This document shows positions 7,777 through 15,590 of a stretch of DNA of 21,941 bases, piece after piece. The stretch's first letter is position 1. Every line of letters starts with the position of its first letter. Source of the DNA: a virus; the UHGV virus genome UHGV-0105323. One strand, given 5' to 3'. Both the position numbers and the translations under genes were made by a program. The notes under the pieces were generated by a model. That model did not search any database. It was not told where the DNA came from and worked only from the letters and a program-made list of their open reading frames with translations.

Positions 7777-8244
7777 ATGAGCCGTGTTCTGTGTGTGGTG
7801 ATTATTGTCCTGGCGGGTGGCTGTGGTGCGCTGTGGCTGGCAACAGACCATTACCGCGATAACGCCATCACCTACAAAGCGCAGCGCGATAAAAAAGCCA
7901 GAGAGCTGGAGCTGGCAAACGCAACCATTACTGATATGCAGGTGCGCCAGCGTGATGTTGCTGCGCTCGATGCAAAATACTCGAGGGAATTAGCTGATGC
8001 GAGAGCTGAAAATGAAACTCTTCGCGCTGACGTTGCCGCTGGTCGTAAGCGCCTGCGTATCAACGCCACCTGTCCAGGTCCCGTGCGTGAAGCCACCGGC
8101 ACCGCCCGCGTGGATAATGCAACCGGCCCCCGACTGGCAGACACCGCTGAACGGGATTATTTCATCCTCAGAGAACGGTTGATGACAATGCAGAAGCAGG
8201 TGGAAGGGGCGCAGGAATATATCCGCACTCAGTGTATTAACTAG
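7777..8244 (+). CDS. Rz: Rz i-spanin (inner-membrane spanin)
   Basis: 155-aa ORF with N-terminal TM ([12 protein letters not shown]) and a long coiled-coil-like periplasmic domain; follows the endolysin and contains an embedded Rz1 ORF in the +1 frame. Confidence 0.8.
   Translation: MSRVLCVVIIVLAGGCGALWLATDHYRDNAITYKAQRDKKARELELANATITDMQVRQRDVAALDAKYSRELADARAENETLRADVAAGRKRLRINATCPGPVREATGTARVDNATGPRLADTAERDYFILRERLMTMQKQVEGAQEYIRTQCIN
8012..8182 (+). CDS. Rz1: Rz1 o-spanin (outer-membrane lipoprotein), embedded in Rz
   Basis: Alternate-frame ORF wholly inside Rz; product [15 protein letters not shown]... has a lipoprotein signal with lipobox LVVSAC and a proline-rich mature region. Confidence 0.75.
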   Translation: MKLFALTLPLVVSACVSTPPVQVPCVKPPAPPAWIMQPAPDWQTPLNGIISSSENG

Positions 8245-8267
8245 TATTTTTGTTATCCGGAGAATGC

Positions 8268-8492
8268 ATGAAGAAATTACTGGTAACCGTAAAGCCTTTT
8301 CAGGGAACAATTCTGTTCCGTATTTTGCAGCGTGGTCGTGTTCTTGTTGAAGGTTCGTTCAGTGGTAAATGTATGCAATTACACTCCCGGACCTTTCAGG
8401 TGAATGCCACGAATGAAGAGCTAACCGTTGAGTGTACGATGAATACCGCTAAATGCCGCATGGTATCCGCTGCATTACAGCGAGTGTGTTGA
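8268..8492 (+). CDS. Hypothetical Cys-containing small protein (74 aa)
   Basis: ATG (MKKLLVTVKPF) with GGAGAA RBS, directly downstream of Rz in a bor-like position. No motif recognised. Confidence 0.4.
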   Translation: MKKLLVTVKPFQGTILFRILQRGRVLVEGSFSGKCMQLHSRTFQVNATNEELTVECTMNTAKCRMVSAALQRVC

Positions 8493-8690
8493 GCGACCTT
8501 ATTATCCATGCGCGGTATTGTCGCCGTATCCCCGCATTAACAGAGACCGCAGCCCGACCGGGAGACTCCTCTGCGCGAGTGTGCGGGGATAATCAAAAAC
8601 GATACACACCGGGGTTTACCGCGTTAACGGAGCGCGGCGTTGTCCCCTCATAGTCGCCTGTCCGGTGCGATGGTGGAAGAAACCGAACGT

Positions 8691-8891
8691 TCATTTCTCG
8701 TTATTTTTCATGCTGGCCGGGCGCAGATGCGTTGCATCTGTTGCCAGCCTTCTCCTGCAGGCTTCAATAACCCACGCTGAAAAGTTACCGGACCCTTTAT
8801 GCTCAAGGGCTATGTTGATTTGTTCAATTATGTGATTGGGGAAACGGATATTGCGGGTTGTGGTTCTGCGGGTCCGGTTTTTCGATGACAT
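8691..8891 (-). CDS. Ribbon-helix-helix (CopG/Arc-like) DNA-binding protein
   Basis: 66-aa reverse-strand ORF with AAAGGAAA RBS; RNIRFPNHIIEQINIALEHKG...FSAWVIEACRRRL fits a beta-strand, helix, loop, helix RHH pattern. Divergent from the HNH gene. Confidence 0.5.
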   Translation of the reverse strand: MSSKNRTRRTTTRNIRFPNHIIEQINIALEHKGSGNFSAWVIEACRRRLATDATHLRPASMKNNEK

Positions 8892-8932
8892 ATTTATTTC
8901 CTTTACTGATTGTCATATGACGGGGATTTTAC

Positions 8933-9298
8933 ATGGCTGAGCTTCGTACACTCCAGAGCAGAATCAAAACACTGAATACCCGACGGGTGAATATTCTGAA
9001 GGGTGAACAGCGTCGTGTCAGTGGCAGTGCACGTGTTTCCCTCAAGCGTCATATCTGGCTCAGGGACGCCGGGCAGTGCTGTATCTGTGGTCGTGTGGTT
9101 GACCTCTGTGACAGTGAACTTGATCACCGAATTGCACTTCAGTTCGGTGGTGGTAATGAGGAGACGAATCTCTGGACGCTCTGTACCGAATGCCATCGAC
9201 AAAAGTCTGCTCGTGAAGCGGCGGGTGGTATGCCGGACCCGACGCTGCCGGAGGTGTCCGGAGGTAGTGGCAGAGCGGACGACATCATCGGACTGTAA
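8933..9298 (+). CDS. HNH homing-type endonuclease (terminase-associated)
   Basis: 121-aa ORF with HNH motif (CCICG...DHRIALQFGG...NLWTLCTECHRQK); sits just upstream of the cos-like region and terminase small subunit, as in HK97-like cos phages. Confidence 0.8.
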   Translation: MAELRTLQSRIKTLNTRRVNILKGEQRRVSGSARVSLKRHIWLRDAGQCCICGRVVDLCDSELDHRIALQFGGGNEETNLWTLCTECHRQKSAREAAGGMPDPTLPEVSGGSGRADDIIGL

Positions 9299-9389
9299 CC
9301 CGACCCGGGGGGGGGATCATCCGGCGTAAAAAACGATCGCTTTGGACACCGCGCCCCCTCTCACGCAGAGAAAAAATTCCCGTTTCAGG

Positions 9390-9516
9390 CCAGTTAACAT
9401 GTTAACTGGCCGTCCGGGCATTTTTGCGGTTTTTATCTTTATTATTCATTTAGTTGCGCGAAAAAAATGTTAACTGGCTTTTTCAGAAAATGTTAACCAG
9501 GCAGCAGTTAACATTT
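9390..9516. other. Putative cos / terminase-recognition region with clustered GTTAAC repeats
   Basis: Five GTTAAC hexamers within about 125 bp, including a perfect 20-bp palindrome CCAGTTAACATGTTAACTGG (9390-9409) and three further ATGTTAAC-type motifs; a G9 homopolymer lies at 9308-9316. Located between HNH and TerS. Confidence 0.45.
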
Positions 9517-9588
9517 GCGGCATGAGACGCCGGGAAAAATGGGCTGAACCATACCCGGCTGAGTGCGTTCTGGACCCGGGAGGAGGCT

Positions 9589-10152
9589 GTGCTGACAACG
9601 CAAAAACGAAAATTTGCGCTGGCGCTCATGTCCGGGAAAAACAAAACAGCGTCAGCCATTGCCGCCGGTTATTCGGCGAAGACCGCCAGGGTTAAAGGCT
9701 CGCAGCTGGCAAAAGATCCGGAGGTGCTTGCGTTTATAGCCCGTAAACAATGCGAGACGGTGGAGGTGGATGAGGTTCCTGTTTACCGGCAGAAAAAATC
9801 AGAGCAGGAGGATAAACCCCGTCGCCGTGAGGCGGCTGCAATACCACAGCCGGACGAAAACAATCCGGAGATGCCACCGTCCGCGGTGATGTCTCCTGGT
9901 ATTGAATATATGGAGGATGGTCTTCCCGATCCGGTGAAAGCCATGGGGCGGATCCTGGTGGAAAACCTCTGCATTGATCCGAAACTGGCACTGGATGCGG
10001 CCTGGCGTCTGGCGCAGTTCACGCACCATAAAAAAGGGGATACCGGGAAAAAATCGGCAAAAGGTGATGCCGCGAAAAAAGCGGCTAACCGTTTTGCGGT
10101 GCCACCGCCACCCCGACTGGTGGTGAATAACGATAATGAGGGCAACGGATGA
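9589..10152 (+). CDS. Terminase small subunit
   Basis: GTG start with GGAGGAGG RBS; N-terminus (KRKFALALMSGKNKTASAIAAGYSAKTARVKGSQLAKDPEV) resembles phage terminase small-subunit HTH regions; HNH-cos-TerS synteny. Confidence 0.7.
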   Translation: MLTTQKRKFALALMSGKNKTASAIAAGYSAKTARVKGSQLAKDPEVLAFIARKQCETVEVDEVPVYRQKKSEQEDKPRRREAAAIPQPDENNPEMPPSAVMSPGIEYMEDGLPDPVKAMGRILVENLCIDPKLALDAAWRLAQFTHHKKGDTGKKSAKGDAAKKAANRFAVPPPPRLVVNNDNEGNG

Positions 10153-10406
10153 TACCTGTATGGAGCACAGCCTGCCCGGACTGGGCAGAGCGCCTGAAAA
10201 AGGGGCTGTCGATTATTCCGGATCCGATTTATCCGGACGAGGCCGCACATGCCCTGGCGATTTTTAAACAACTGCGGATTGTGGATGCACCTGGTAGCCC
10301 TACGTTCGGGGAGTCCTGTGCACCGTGGGTGGCGCAACTGGGCCTCATCCGTACTGCAGGAAATATCAAAAGTTCTTATGAATGCCGCGATTGTCAACGG
10401 AATTAA
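10149..10406 (+). pseudogene. Terminase large subunit, N-terminal fragment (truncated at a deletion junction)
   Basis: ORF overlaps the TerS stop (ATGA) and opens MIPVWSTACPDWAERLKKGLSIIPDPIYPDEA..., which resembles TerL N-termini of HK97/P27-like phages, but recognisable sequence runs only about 60 codons before the frame changes into tape-measure sequence. Junction estimated near 10330-10375. Confidence 0.6.
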
Positions 10407-10842
10407 GACGGCGGCAAACGGTATGTCCGGTGCGGGAGGATTTATTGGCAGCATTGGTGACTGGCTGGGCGGTGCGGTGGCCAATGCAAAAGGCGGCGTG
10501 TATACCTCGGCAAACCTGAGCGCGTACAGCAACAGTATTGTGGATACGCCCACGTACTTTGCCTTTGCAAAAGGGGCCGGGCTGATGGGGGAAGCAGGAC
10601 CTGAAGCCATAATGCCCCTGACCCGGGCGGCGGATGGCTCGCTGGGTGTACGCGCGGTGGGCAGTATGAACGGCAGTGCCGGTCTGGTGTATTCCCCGGT
10701 CTACCATATCGCCATTCAGAATGACGGGGCCAACGGTCAGATAGGGCCGGAGGCGGCAGGCAGCCTTGTTCAGCTGATTGACCAGCGGGTGCAGGCGGTG
10801 ATGCTGTCCATGCGACGAGACGGAGGAATGCTGAGTGGCTGA
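10249..10842 (+). pseudogene. H: Tail tape-measure protein (lambda H-like), C-terminal fragment
   Basis: Gly-rich C-terminal segment (AAIVNGIKTAANGMSGAGGFIGSIGDWLGGAVANAKGGVYTSANLSAYS...) of the kind found at lambda-H-like tape-measure C-termini, ending 8 nt past the start of M exactly as H precedes M in lambda. The first roughly 30-40 codons of this frame are out-of-frame TerL DNA. Confidence 0.65.
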
Positions 10843-11176
10843 GATAAAAACGCTGCATCTGGTCCCGCGTGAAGGGATGCAGGTGAGTGAGAAACCGTCG
10901 GTGGTGAGGGTCCGGTTTGGTGACGGTTATGAACAGCGCCGACCGACGGGACTGAATGCCCGACTGAAGACATTTCAGGCGGTGTTCCGGGTGACGGATG
11001 AGGCGACCCGGCGCTGGCTGGATGAATTTTTATCGTGGCATGGTGGTTACCGTGCCTTTTTGTGGAAACCCCCGAAACATAACCGGACGGTCAGGGTGGT
11101 GTGCCGGGAGTGGAGTATTACGGATAACGCCAGGTACAGCGATTTCAGTTGTATGATGGAACAGGTAATAAGATAA
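10835..11176 (+). CDS. M: Minor tail protein M
   Basis: 113-aa ORF (GTG start) with VRVRFGDGYEQRRPTGLNARLKT...FLWKPP motifs matching lambda gpM; H-M-L synteny. Confidence 0.85.
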   Translation: MAEIKTLHLVPREGMQVSEKPSVVRVRFGDGYEQRRPTGLNARLKTFQAVFRVTDEATRRWLDEFLSWHGGYRAFLWKPPKHNRTVRVVCREWSITDNARYSDFSCMMEQVIR

Positions 11177-11382
11177 GTTTTTGAGAAAAAACCTAAAAGC
11201 ATCGTTTATTAATTTGCTTGCTTGTTATTTTTGTTTTGTCTTGACATAAAGTGCTATCAAAGTTGTTTTTTTACATTTTGAAACAAAATAAAAATTGAAC
11301 CCGTAATTTAATTTACAATATTTTGAGTTTTGTTCATGACATCTCTATGCATGAATAGTTCAGTTTAAATAAGGATTAAATC

Positions 11383-12546
11383 ATGAAAAAAATGACAGTG
11401 GCACTTTCAGCTGTGGCAGCAGCTGTAATTTTTGCAGCGGGGGCGCAGGCTGCAGAAGTATACAATAAAGATGGCAATAAACTTGATGTGTATGGGCGTG
11501 CAACTGCACTCCATTATTTCTCCAGTGATAAGGGGGATGATGGAGATAAGACATACGCACGTCTGGGCTTTAAAGGTGAAACTCAGATTAATGACCAGTT
11601 GACTGGTTTTGGTCAGTGGGAATATCAGTTCTCTGGTAATAAAGCTGAATCAGAGGGTGCTGCGGGTAATAAAACCCGTCTTGCATTTGCAGGTCTGAAG
11701 TTTGGTGAGTTTGGCACCATTGATTATGGTCGTAACTATGGTATTGCGTACGATGTTGGTTCTTATACTGACGTATTACCAGAGTTTGGCGGTGATGGCT
11801 GGACCCAGACCGATAACTTCATGACAGCCCGTACTTCCGGGGTATTAACCTATCGTAATACAGATTTCTTTGGGCTTGTCGATGGCCTGAATTTTGCGGC
11901 ACAGTACCAGGGTAAAAATGATCGGGGTGATCTCCGGAAAGCTAATGGTGATGGTCACGGTTTCTCAGCCAGTTATGAATATGAAGGTTTTGGTATCGTT
12001 GCCGCATATATTAATGCGGACCGAACCAATAATCAGGAAAAAGGTCTGAATGGTACTCTGACGATTGAACAAACTGATCCTTTAACCGGTAAAGTGACTG
12101 AAAAGCAGATCGTTGTTGATTCCGGTAGTGTTGCAAAAGGTAAACACGCTGAGATGTGGGGAGTCGGACTAAAATACGATGCTGACAACCTTTACCTGGC
12201 TACAACATATTCCGAAACTCAGAATCTGACGACCTTTGGTGATAAAGGAGTTGCAGATAAAGCGCAAAACTTTGAAGCGGTACTGCAGTATCAGTTTGAT
12301 TTTGGTCTGCGCCCGTCCCTGGCCTACCTTCAGTCCCGCGGACAGGATGTTATGGTTGGTGGTGTGAACCATGGCGATCAGGATCTGGTTAAATATATTG
12401 ATGTCGGAGCGACTTATTACTTTAACAAGAATATGTCCACCTATGTTGATTATAAAATTAACCTGATTGATGAAAGTGAATTTACCCGGAAAGCCGGTGT
12501 TGCGACAGATAATATCGTTGCTGTGGGTATGACTTATCAGTTCTGA
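11383..12546 (+). CDS. General diffusion porin (OmpC/OmpF/PhoE family; NmpC/Lc-like prophage porin)
   Basis: 387-aa ORF with signal peptide ([38 protein letters not shown]), typical porin strands ([35 protein letters not shown]) and C-terminal ...VGMTYQF. Preceded by about 200 bp of very AT-rich DNA and followed by a strong terminator; inserted between M and L. Confidence 0.85.
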   Translation: MKKMTVALSAVAAAVIFAAGAQAAEVYNKDGNKLDVYGRATALHYFSSDKGDDGDKTYARLGFKGETQINDQLTGFGQWEYQFSGNKAESEGAAGNKTRLAFAGLKFGEFGTIDYGRNYGIAYDVGSYTDVLPEFGGDGWTQTDNFMTARTSGVLTYRNTDFFGLVDGLNFAAQYQGKNDRGDLRKANGDGHGFSASYEYEGFGIVAAYINADRTNNQEKGLNGTLTIEQTDPLTGKVTEKQIVVDSGSVAKGKHAEMWGVGLKYDADNLYLATTYSETQNLTTFGDKGVADKAQNFEAVLQYQFDFGLRPSLAYLQSRGQDVMVGGVNHGDQDLVKYIDVGATYYFNKNMSTYVDYKINLIDESEFTRKAGVATDNIVAVGMTYQF

Positions 12547-12718
12547 TTATTGCTGATAAGTTAATAAATACGGGCCGTCTGCCCTTACAGGCGGCCTGTA
12601 TCAATGAAAACACAGTTTTCATTGGTCACTGCGATCAGCAATTGCCATCTGGTATGTGCTGATTTAACTTTCTGTTATTACCTTTATTGGTTTTATTTTA
12701 AATTGGACTTTTATTGTT

Positions 12719-12744
12719 CGGGGCGCGTCTGCGCCCCTTTTTTA
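12719..12744 (+). terminator. Rho-independent terminator after the porin gene
   Basis: CGGGGCGCG-TCT-GCGCCCC followed by TTTTTT. Confidence 0.65.
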
Positions 12745-12755
12745 TGGGCGGATAT

Positions 12756-13454
12756 ATGCAGGATATTCACGAAGAAAGTCTGAACGAGTCGGTTAAATCA
12801 GAGCAGTCACCGCGGGTGGTGCTCTGGGAAATCGACCTGACGGTGCAGGGCGGTGAGCGGTATTTTTTCTGCAATGAGCTGAATGAAAAAGGGGAGCCGG
12901 TCACCTGGCAGGGGCGGCAATATCAGGCATACCCGATTGACGGTAGCGGTTTTGAGATGAGCGGGAAGGGCAGCAGTGCCAGACCGTTGCTGACGGTGTC
13001 CAATCTGTTCGGTCTGGTCACCGGGATGGCGGAGGATTTGCAGAGCCTGGTGGGGGCCACGGTGGTCCGCCGCCGGGTGTATGCCCGTTTTCTGGATGCG
13101 GTGAATTTCGTTGCGGGCAATCCGGAGGCGGACCCGGAGCAGGAGCTGAGTGACCGCTGGGTGGTGGAGCAGATGTCGGAGCTGACAGCCATGACGGCCT
13201 CGTTTGTGCTGGCCACACCGACCGAGACGGACGGGGCGCTGTTTCCCGGTCGTATCATGCTGGCGAACACCTGTATGTGGACCTACCGCTCTGATGAGTG
13301 TGGTTACACGGGCAGGGCTGTGGCGGATGAGTTCGATAAACCCACCACGGATATCCGTAAGGACAGATGCAGCAAGTGCATGCGCGGGTGTGAACTGCGC
13401 AGGAATGTCGGCAATTTTGGCGGTTTCCTTTCCATTAATAAACTTTCGCAGTAA
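12756..13454 (+). CDS. L: Minor tail protein L
   Basis: Start at the internal ATG (MQDIHEESLNE...) corresponding to the lambda gpL start; strong similarity throughout (VVLWEIDLT..GGERYFFCNE.NEKGEPVTWQGRQYQ.YPI.GSGFE...GNFGGFLSINKLSQ), including the conserved Cys cluster. Confidence 0.85.
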   Translation: MQDIHEESLNESVKSEQSPRVVLWEIDLTVQGGERYFFCNELNEKGEPVTWQGRQYQAYPIDGSGFEMSGKGSSARPLLTVSNLFGLVTGMAEDLQSLVGATVVRRRVYARFLDAVNFVAGNPEADPEQELSDRWVVEQMSELTAMTASFVLATPTETDGALFPGRIMLANTCMWTYRSDECGYTGRAVADEFDKPTTDIRKDRCSKCMRGCELRRNVGNFGGFLSINKLSQ

Positions 13455-13463
13455 TGGATTATG

Positions 13464-13486
13464 CCCACCGTCAGGTGGGTTTTTTA
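13464..13486 (+). terminator. Rho-independent terminator after L
   Basis: CCCACC-GTCA-GGTGGG followed by TTTTTTA. Confidence 0.55.
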
Positions 13487-13510
13487 TAAGGAGTAATCAT
13501 GATTTACCCA

Positions 13511-14047
13511 TCAAACAACCCACCAGTTTGCCTGATTGGATGCCAGCCTTGCAGTTTTTATGGAATTAATTATGCCATGCTCAAGAGCCTTGTTAGCATC
13601 CAAAATGGTCGAGTCTGCTATCAGGGATGCCCACCTAATATGGGTTCCGATGTCGATATTGAACGTCTCAACGAAGCGATCAAGATCGTTATCGAGGCAT
13701 TTCCCGTACTCTCTCAATCTGGCATGGTCGGCGGCTGGGGAGGCAAAGCACCATAATAGAGGATGTAACAGGAATCTTGATAATGGGTTTGCGAAACGTT
13801 CTGAGCCAGCCAGGAAAACGATATTAGCTATGGATTCAACATTGCTTATGTTGTGAGTTCTAACGGTAACAGGGAGTGACTTAAGAAAGTTATACGCAGT
13901 AAAGCCAGCGGCAGTTTCCCCTCCCTGACTTGATATATGGATATTTAATTCAGTTGCGCCTTGAGATAATGCGGTGAGACAGTGGTTCTGAAGTTGCCCA
14001 ACAGTGGCAGTGTTAACGGGGCATAAGAAATGAATTGTGTGCAGCAT
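13511..14047 (-). CDS. ClpP-fold serine peptidase-like protein (S14/ClpP-crotonase superfamily), accessory
   Basis: 178-aa reverse-strand ORF whose start overlaps the stop of the upstream Mnt-like gene (TAATG). Hand alignment to ClpP: ISSQGGETAAGF vs INSPGGVITAGM, a Ser at the nucleophile position (NVESIAN vs GQAASMG) and a His at the catalytic His position (RFLLHPL vs RVMIHQP). Confidence 0.5.
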   Translation of the reverse strand: MLHTIHFLCPVNTATVGQLQNHCLTALSQGATELNIHISSQGGETAAGFTAYNFLKSLPVTVRTHNISNVESIANIVFLAGSERFANPLSRFLLHPLLWCFASPAADHARLREYGKCLDNDLDRFVETFNIDIGTHIRWASLIADSTILDANKALEHGIINSIKTARLASNQANWWVV

Positions 14048-14295
14048 TATTTTTCATCCTTAGCATACATGGTCTTTAGCGTCTCAAGTAGCGCCTCTTT
14101 GAATTTATCAGCTTCTTGGTTAGCGAATCCTTCAAGTGAGCGAGAGCCATCAAGATTATCAACATGTTTTTGAAGGATAAGCACGATCTCTGAGTTCATT
14201 GATCTGCCGTTTTTATCCGCTTCTTGCTGAATGCGTTTCTTTAAATAGTCTGGAATCCTAATCCCCAATGGACTGATATCTCTTGCACCTTTCAT
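14047..14295 (-). CDS. mnt: Mnt-like ribbon-helix-helix repressor
   Basis: Start at the internal ATG behind AGGAGGAG, giving 82 aa, the same length as P22 Mnt. MKGARDISPLGIRIPDYLKKRIQQEADKNGRSMNSEIV... has the Arc/Mnt RHH N-terminus (NGRSMNSE). Divergent from the arc-ant pair across an operator-rich intergenic region. Confidence 0.65.
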   Translation of the reverse strand: MKGARDISPLGIRIPDYLKKRIQQEADKNGRSMNSEIVLILQKHVDNLDGSRSLEGFANQEADKFKEALLETLKTMYAKDEK

Positions 14296-14317
14296 TTCTC
14301 CTCCTGCACGCTGTGCG

Positions 14318-14392
14318 TAGCTACACAGTGTAGGCAAAAAATTTTTGACTTTAAATAAACACGGTGTAGTATTTAGTTATCACGGTGTAGCA
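14318..14392. promoter_or_regulatory. Divergent promoter/operator region of the immI-like module
   Basis: Perfect palindrome CTACACAGTGTAG (14321-14333), direct repeats CACGGTGTAG at 14360 and 14381 spaced 21 bp, and a -35-like TTGACT (14345-14350) 16 bp upstream of a -10-like TAGTAT (14367-14372); four GTGTAG half-sites in all. Confidence 0.5.
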
Positions 14393-14404
14393 AGTGAGGT
14401 GGAA

Positions 14405-14545
14405 ATGAAAGTTAGAGACATCGCTCCATTAGGGATTCGTATCCCGCCAGAGATTAAAGAAAAATTGAAGGAAAAGGCTAAGGAGGAGGGCAGGTCTTTA
14501 AATTCAGAAATAGTGCAGCGTCTTATTCGCAGCCTAAAAAGTTGA
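14405..14545 (+). CDS. arc: Arc-like ribbon-helix-helix repressor
   Basis: 46-aa product [46 protein letters not shown] with GAGGTGG RBS; same RHH signature as P22 Arc (NGRS.NSEI); immediately upstream of ant. Confidence 0.6.
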   Translation: MKVRDIAPLGIRIPPEIKEKLKEKAKEEGRSLNSEIVQRLIRSLKS

Positions 14546-14575
14546 AGCCCCAACTGCTGGAACAGTCGGGGCTTC
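14544..14575 (-). terminator. Hairpin in the arc-ant intergenic region; reverse-strand terminator-like (possible sar-type antisense RNA terminator)
   Basis: Perfect 8-bp inverted repeat GAAGCCCC...GGGGCTTC; read on the reverse strand it is followed by AACTTTTTAGG. Confidence 0.35.
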
Positions 14576-14606
14576 GGTATCAACAAATCAGATAGGAATT
14601 ATTGAT

Positions 14607-15536
14607 ATGGCAAGTTTAGCAAAGTCAACATTAAATTGCACTAACAGCATCACCATTTCAGACGTCAAGATTCATATGGATTCAGAGGGGCGTTACTCGC
14701 TTAATGACCTGCACAAGGCATCAGGTAAAGAGCGTCGTCATGAGCCTGCTGCGTGGCTGCGACTCGAACAAACCAATGAGTTAGTTCAAGAAATTCTAAA
14801 TACACAGATGTGTGTATTTAAAAATGGCGATAACTTTAATTCTTCAGAATCGCAGATTAAGAAGCCAATGGACTCTAAGAAGGGTCGCTACGGAGGCACC
14901 TACGTGTGCAAGGAGCTTGTTTACTCCTACGCCATGTGGATTAGCGCAGCCTTTGCGCTGAAGGTTATCCGTGCATATGACGCAATGGTTACTACCACAC
15001 AAGAGAGGAAGGCTATTGGCGGTAAAACTTCAGTAGCTGAACGCACACCTCTACGCGATGCAGTAAACATGCTGGTAGGAAAGAAAGGACTTCGCTATGA
15101 CGATGCATACAATATGGTTCATCAGCGTTTTGGTATTGACAGCATTGATGAACTTTCAATTGAACAAATCCCGCTGGCCGTAGAGTACATCCACAGGGTA
15201 GTGCTTGAAGGTGAGTTCATTGGCAAACAAGAGAAGAAAACCAACGAGCTTTCCGCAAAAGAAGCAAACAGCCTTGTATGGCTATGGGATTATGCCAACC
15301 GCTCACAGGCATTATTCCGCGAACTGTATCCGGCGCTAAAGCAAATTCAATCGAACTATTCTGACAGGTGCTACAACTACGGCCATGAGTTCTCGTATGT
15401 TATTGGAATGGCGAGAGACGTTTTAATCAATCACACACGAGATGTTGATATTAATGAGCCAGATGGACCAACGAATCTTTCCGCATGGGTAAGGCTTAAG
15501 AGCAAAGAGTTGCCGCCTTCACTGCATCACTACTAA
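14607..15536 (+). CDS. ant: Antirepressor with N-terminal KilA-N domain (Ant-like)
   Basis: 309-aa ORF; N-terminal region ([25 protein letters not shown]...[19 protein letters not shown]...[29 protein letters not shown]) fits the KilA-N/Ant fold; size and position after arc match P22 Ant. Confidence 0.65.
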   Translation: MASLAKSTLNCTNSITISDVKIHMDSEGRYSLNDLHKASGKERRHEPAAWLRLEQTNELVQEILNTQMCVFKNGDNFNSSESQIKKPMDSKKGRYGGTYVCKELVYSYAMWISAAFALKVIRAYDAMVTTTQERKAIGGKTSVAERTPLRDAVNMLVGKKGLRYDDAYNMVHQRFGIDSIDELSIEQIPLAVEYIHRVVLEGEFIGKQEKKTNELSAKEANSLVWLWDYANRSQALFRELYPALKQIQSNYSDRCYNYGHEFSYVIGMARDVLINHTRDVDINEPDGPTNLSAWVRLKSKELPPSLHHY

Positions 15537-15555
15537 CAGATTACCAACGAAATGA

Positions 15556-15578
15556 CCCAGCCTCGGCTGGGTTTTTTA
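15556..15578 (+). terminator. Rho-independent terminator after ant
   Basis: CCCAGCC-TCG-GCTGGG followed by TTTTTT. Confidence 0.6.
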
Positions 15579-15590
15579 TCAGGAGTTCTC

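Noticed and set aside
9734-10858. Reverse-strand ORFs of 275 aa (9783-10610) and 138 aa (10442-10858) across TerS, the TerL fragment and the tape-measure fragment
   Set aside because: Antisense to recognisable phage packaging and tail sequence; Pro/Arg/Gly-rich low-complexity translations typical of non-coding frames in GC-rich DNA.
13499-13856. Forward ORFs 13499-13756 and 13536-13856 overlapping the ClpP-like gene
   Set aside because: The reverse-strand frame carries the recognisable peptidase motifs and is translationally coupled to mnt; the forward frames lack motifs and start inside the L terminator.
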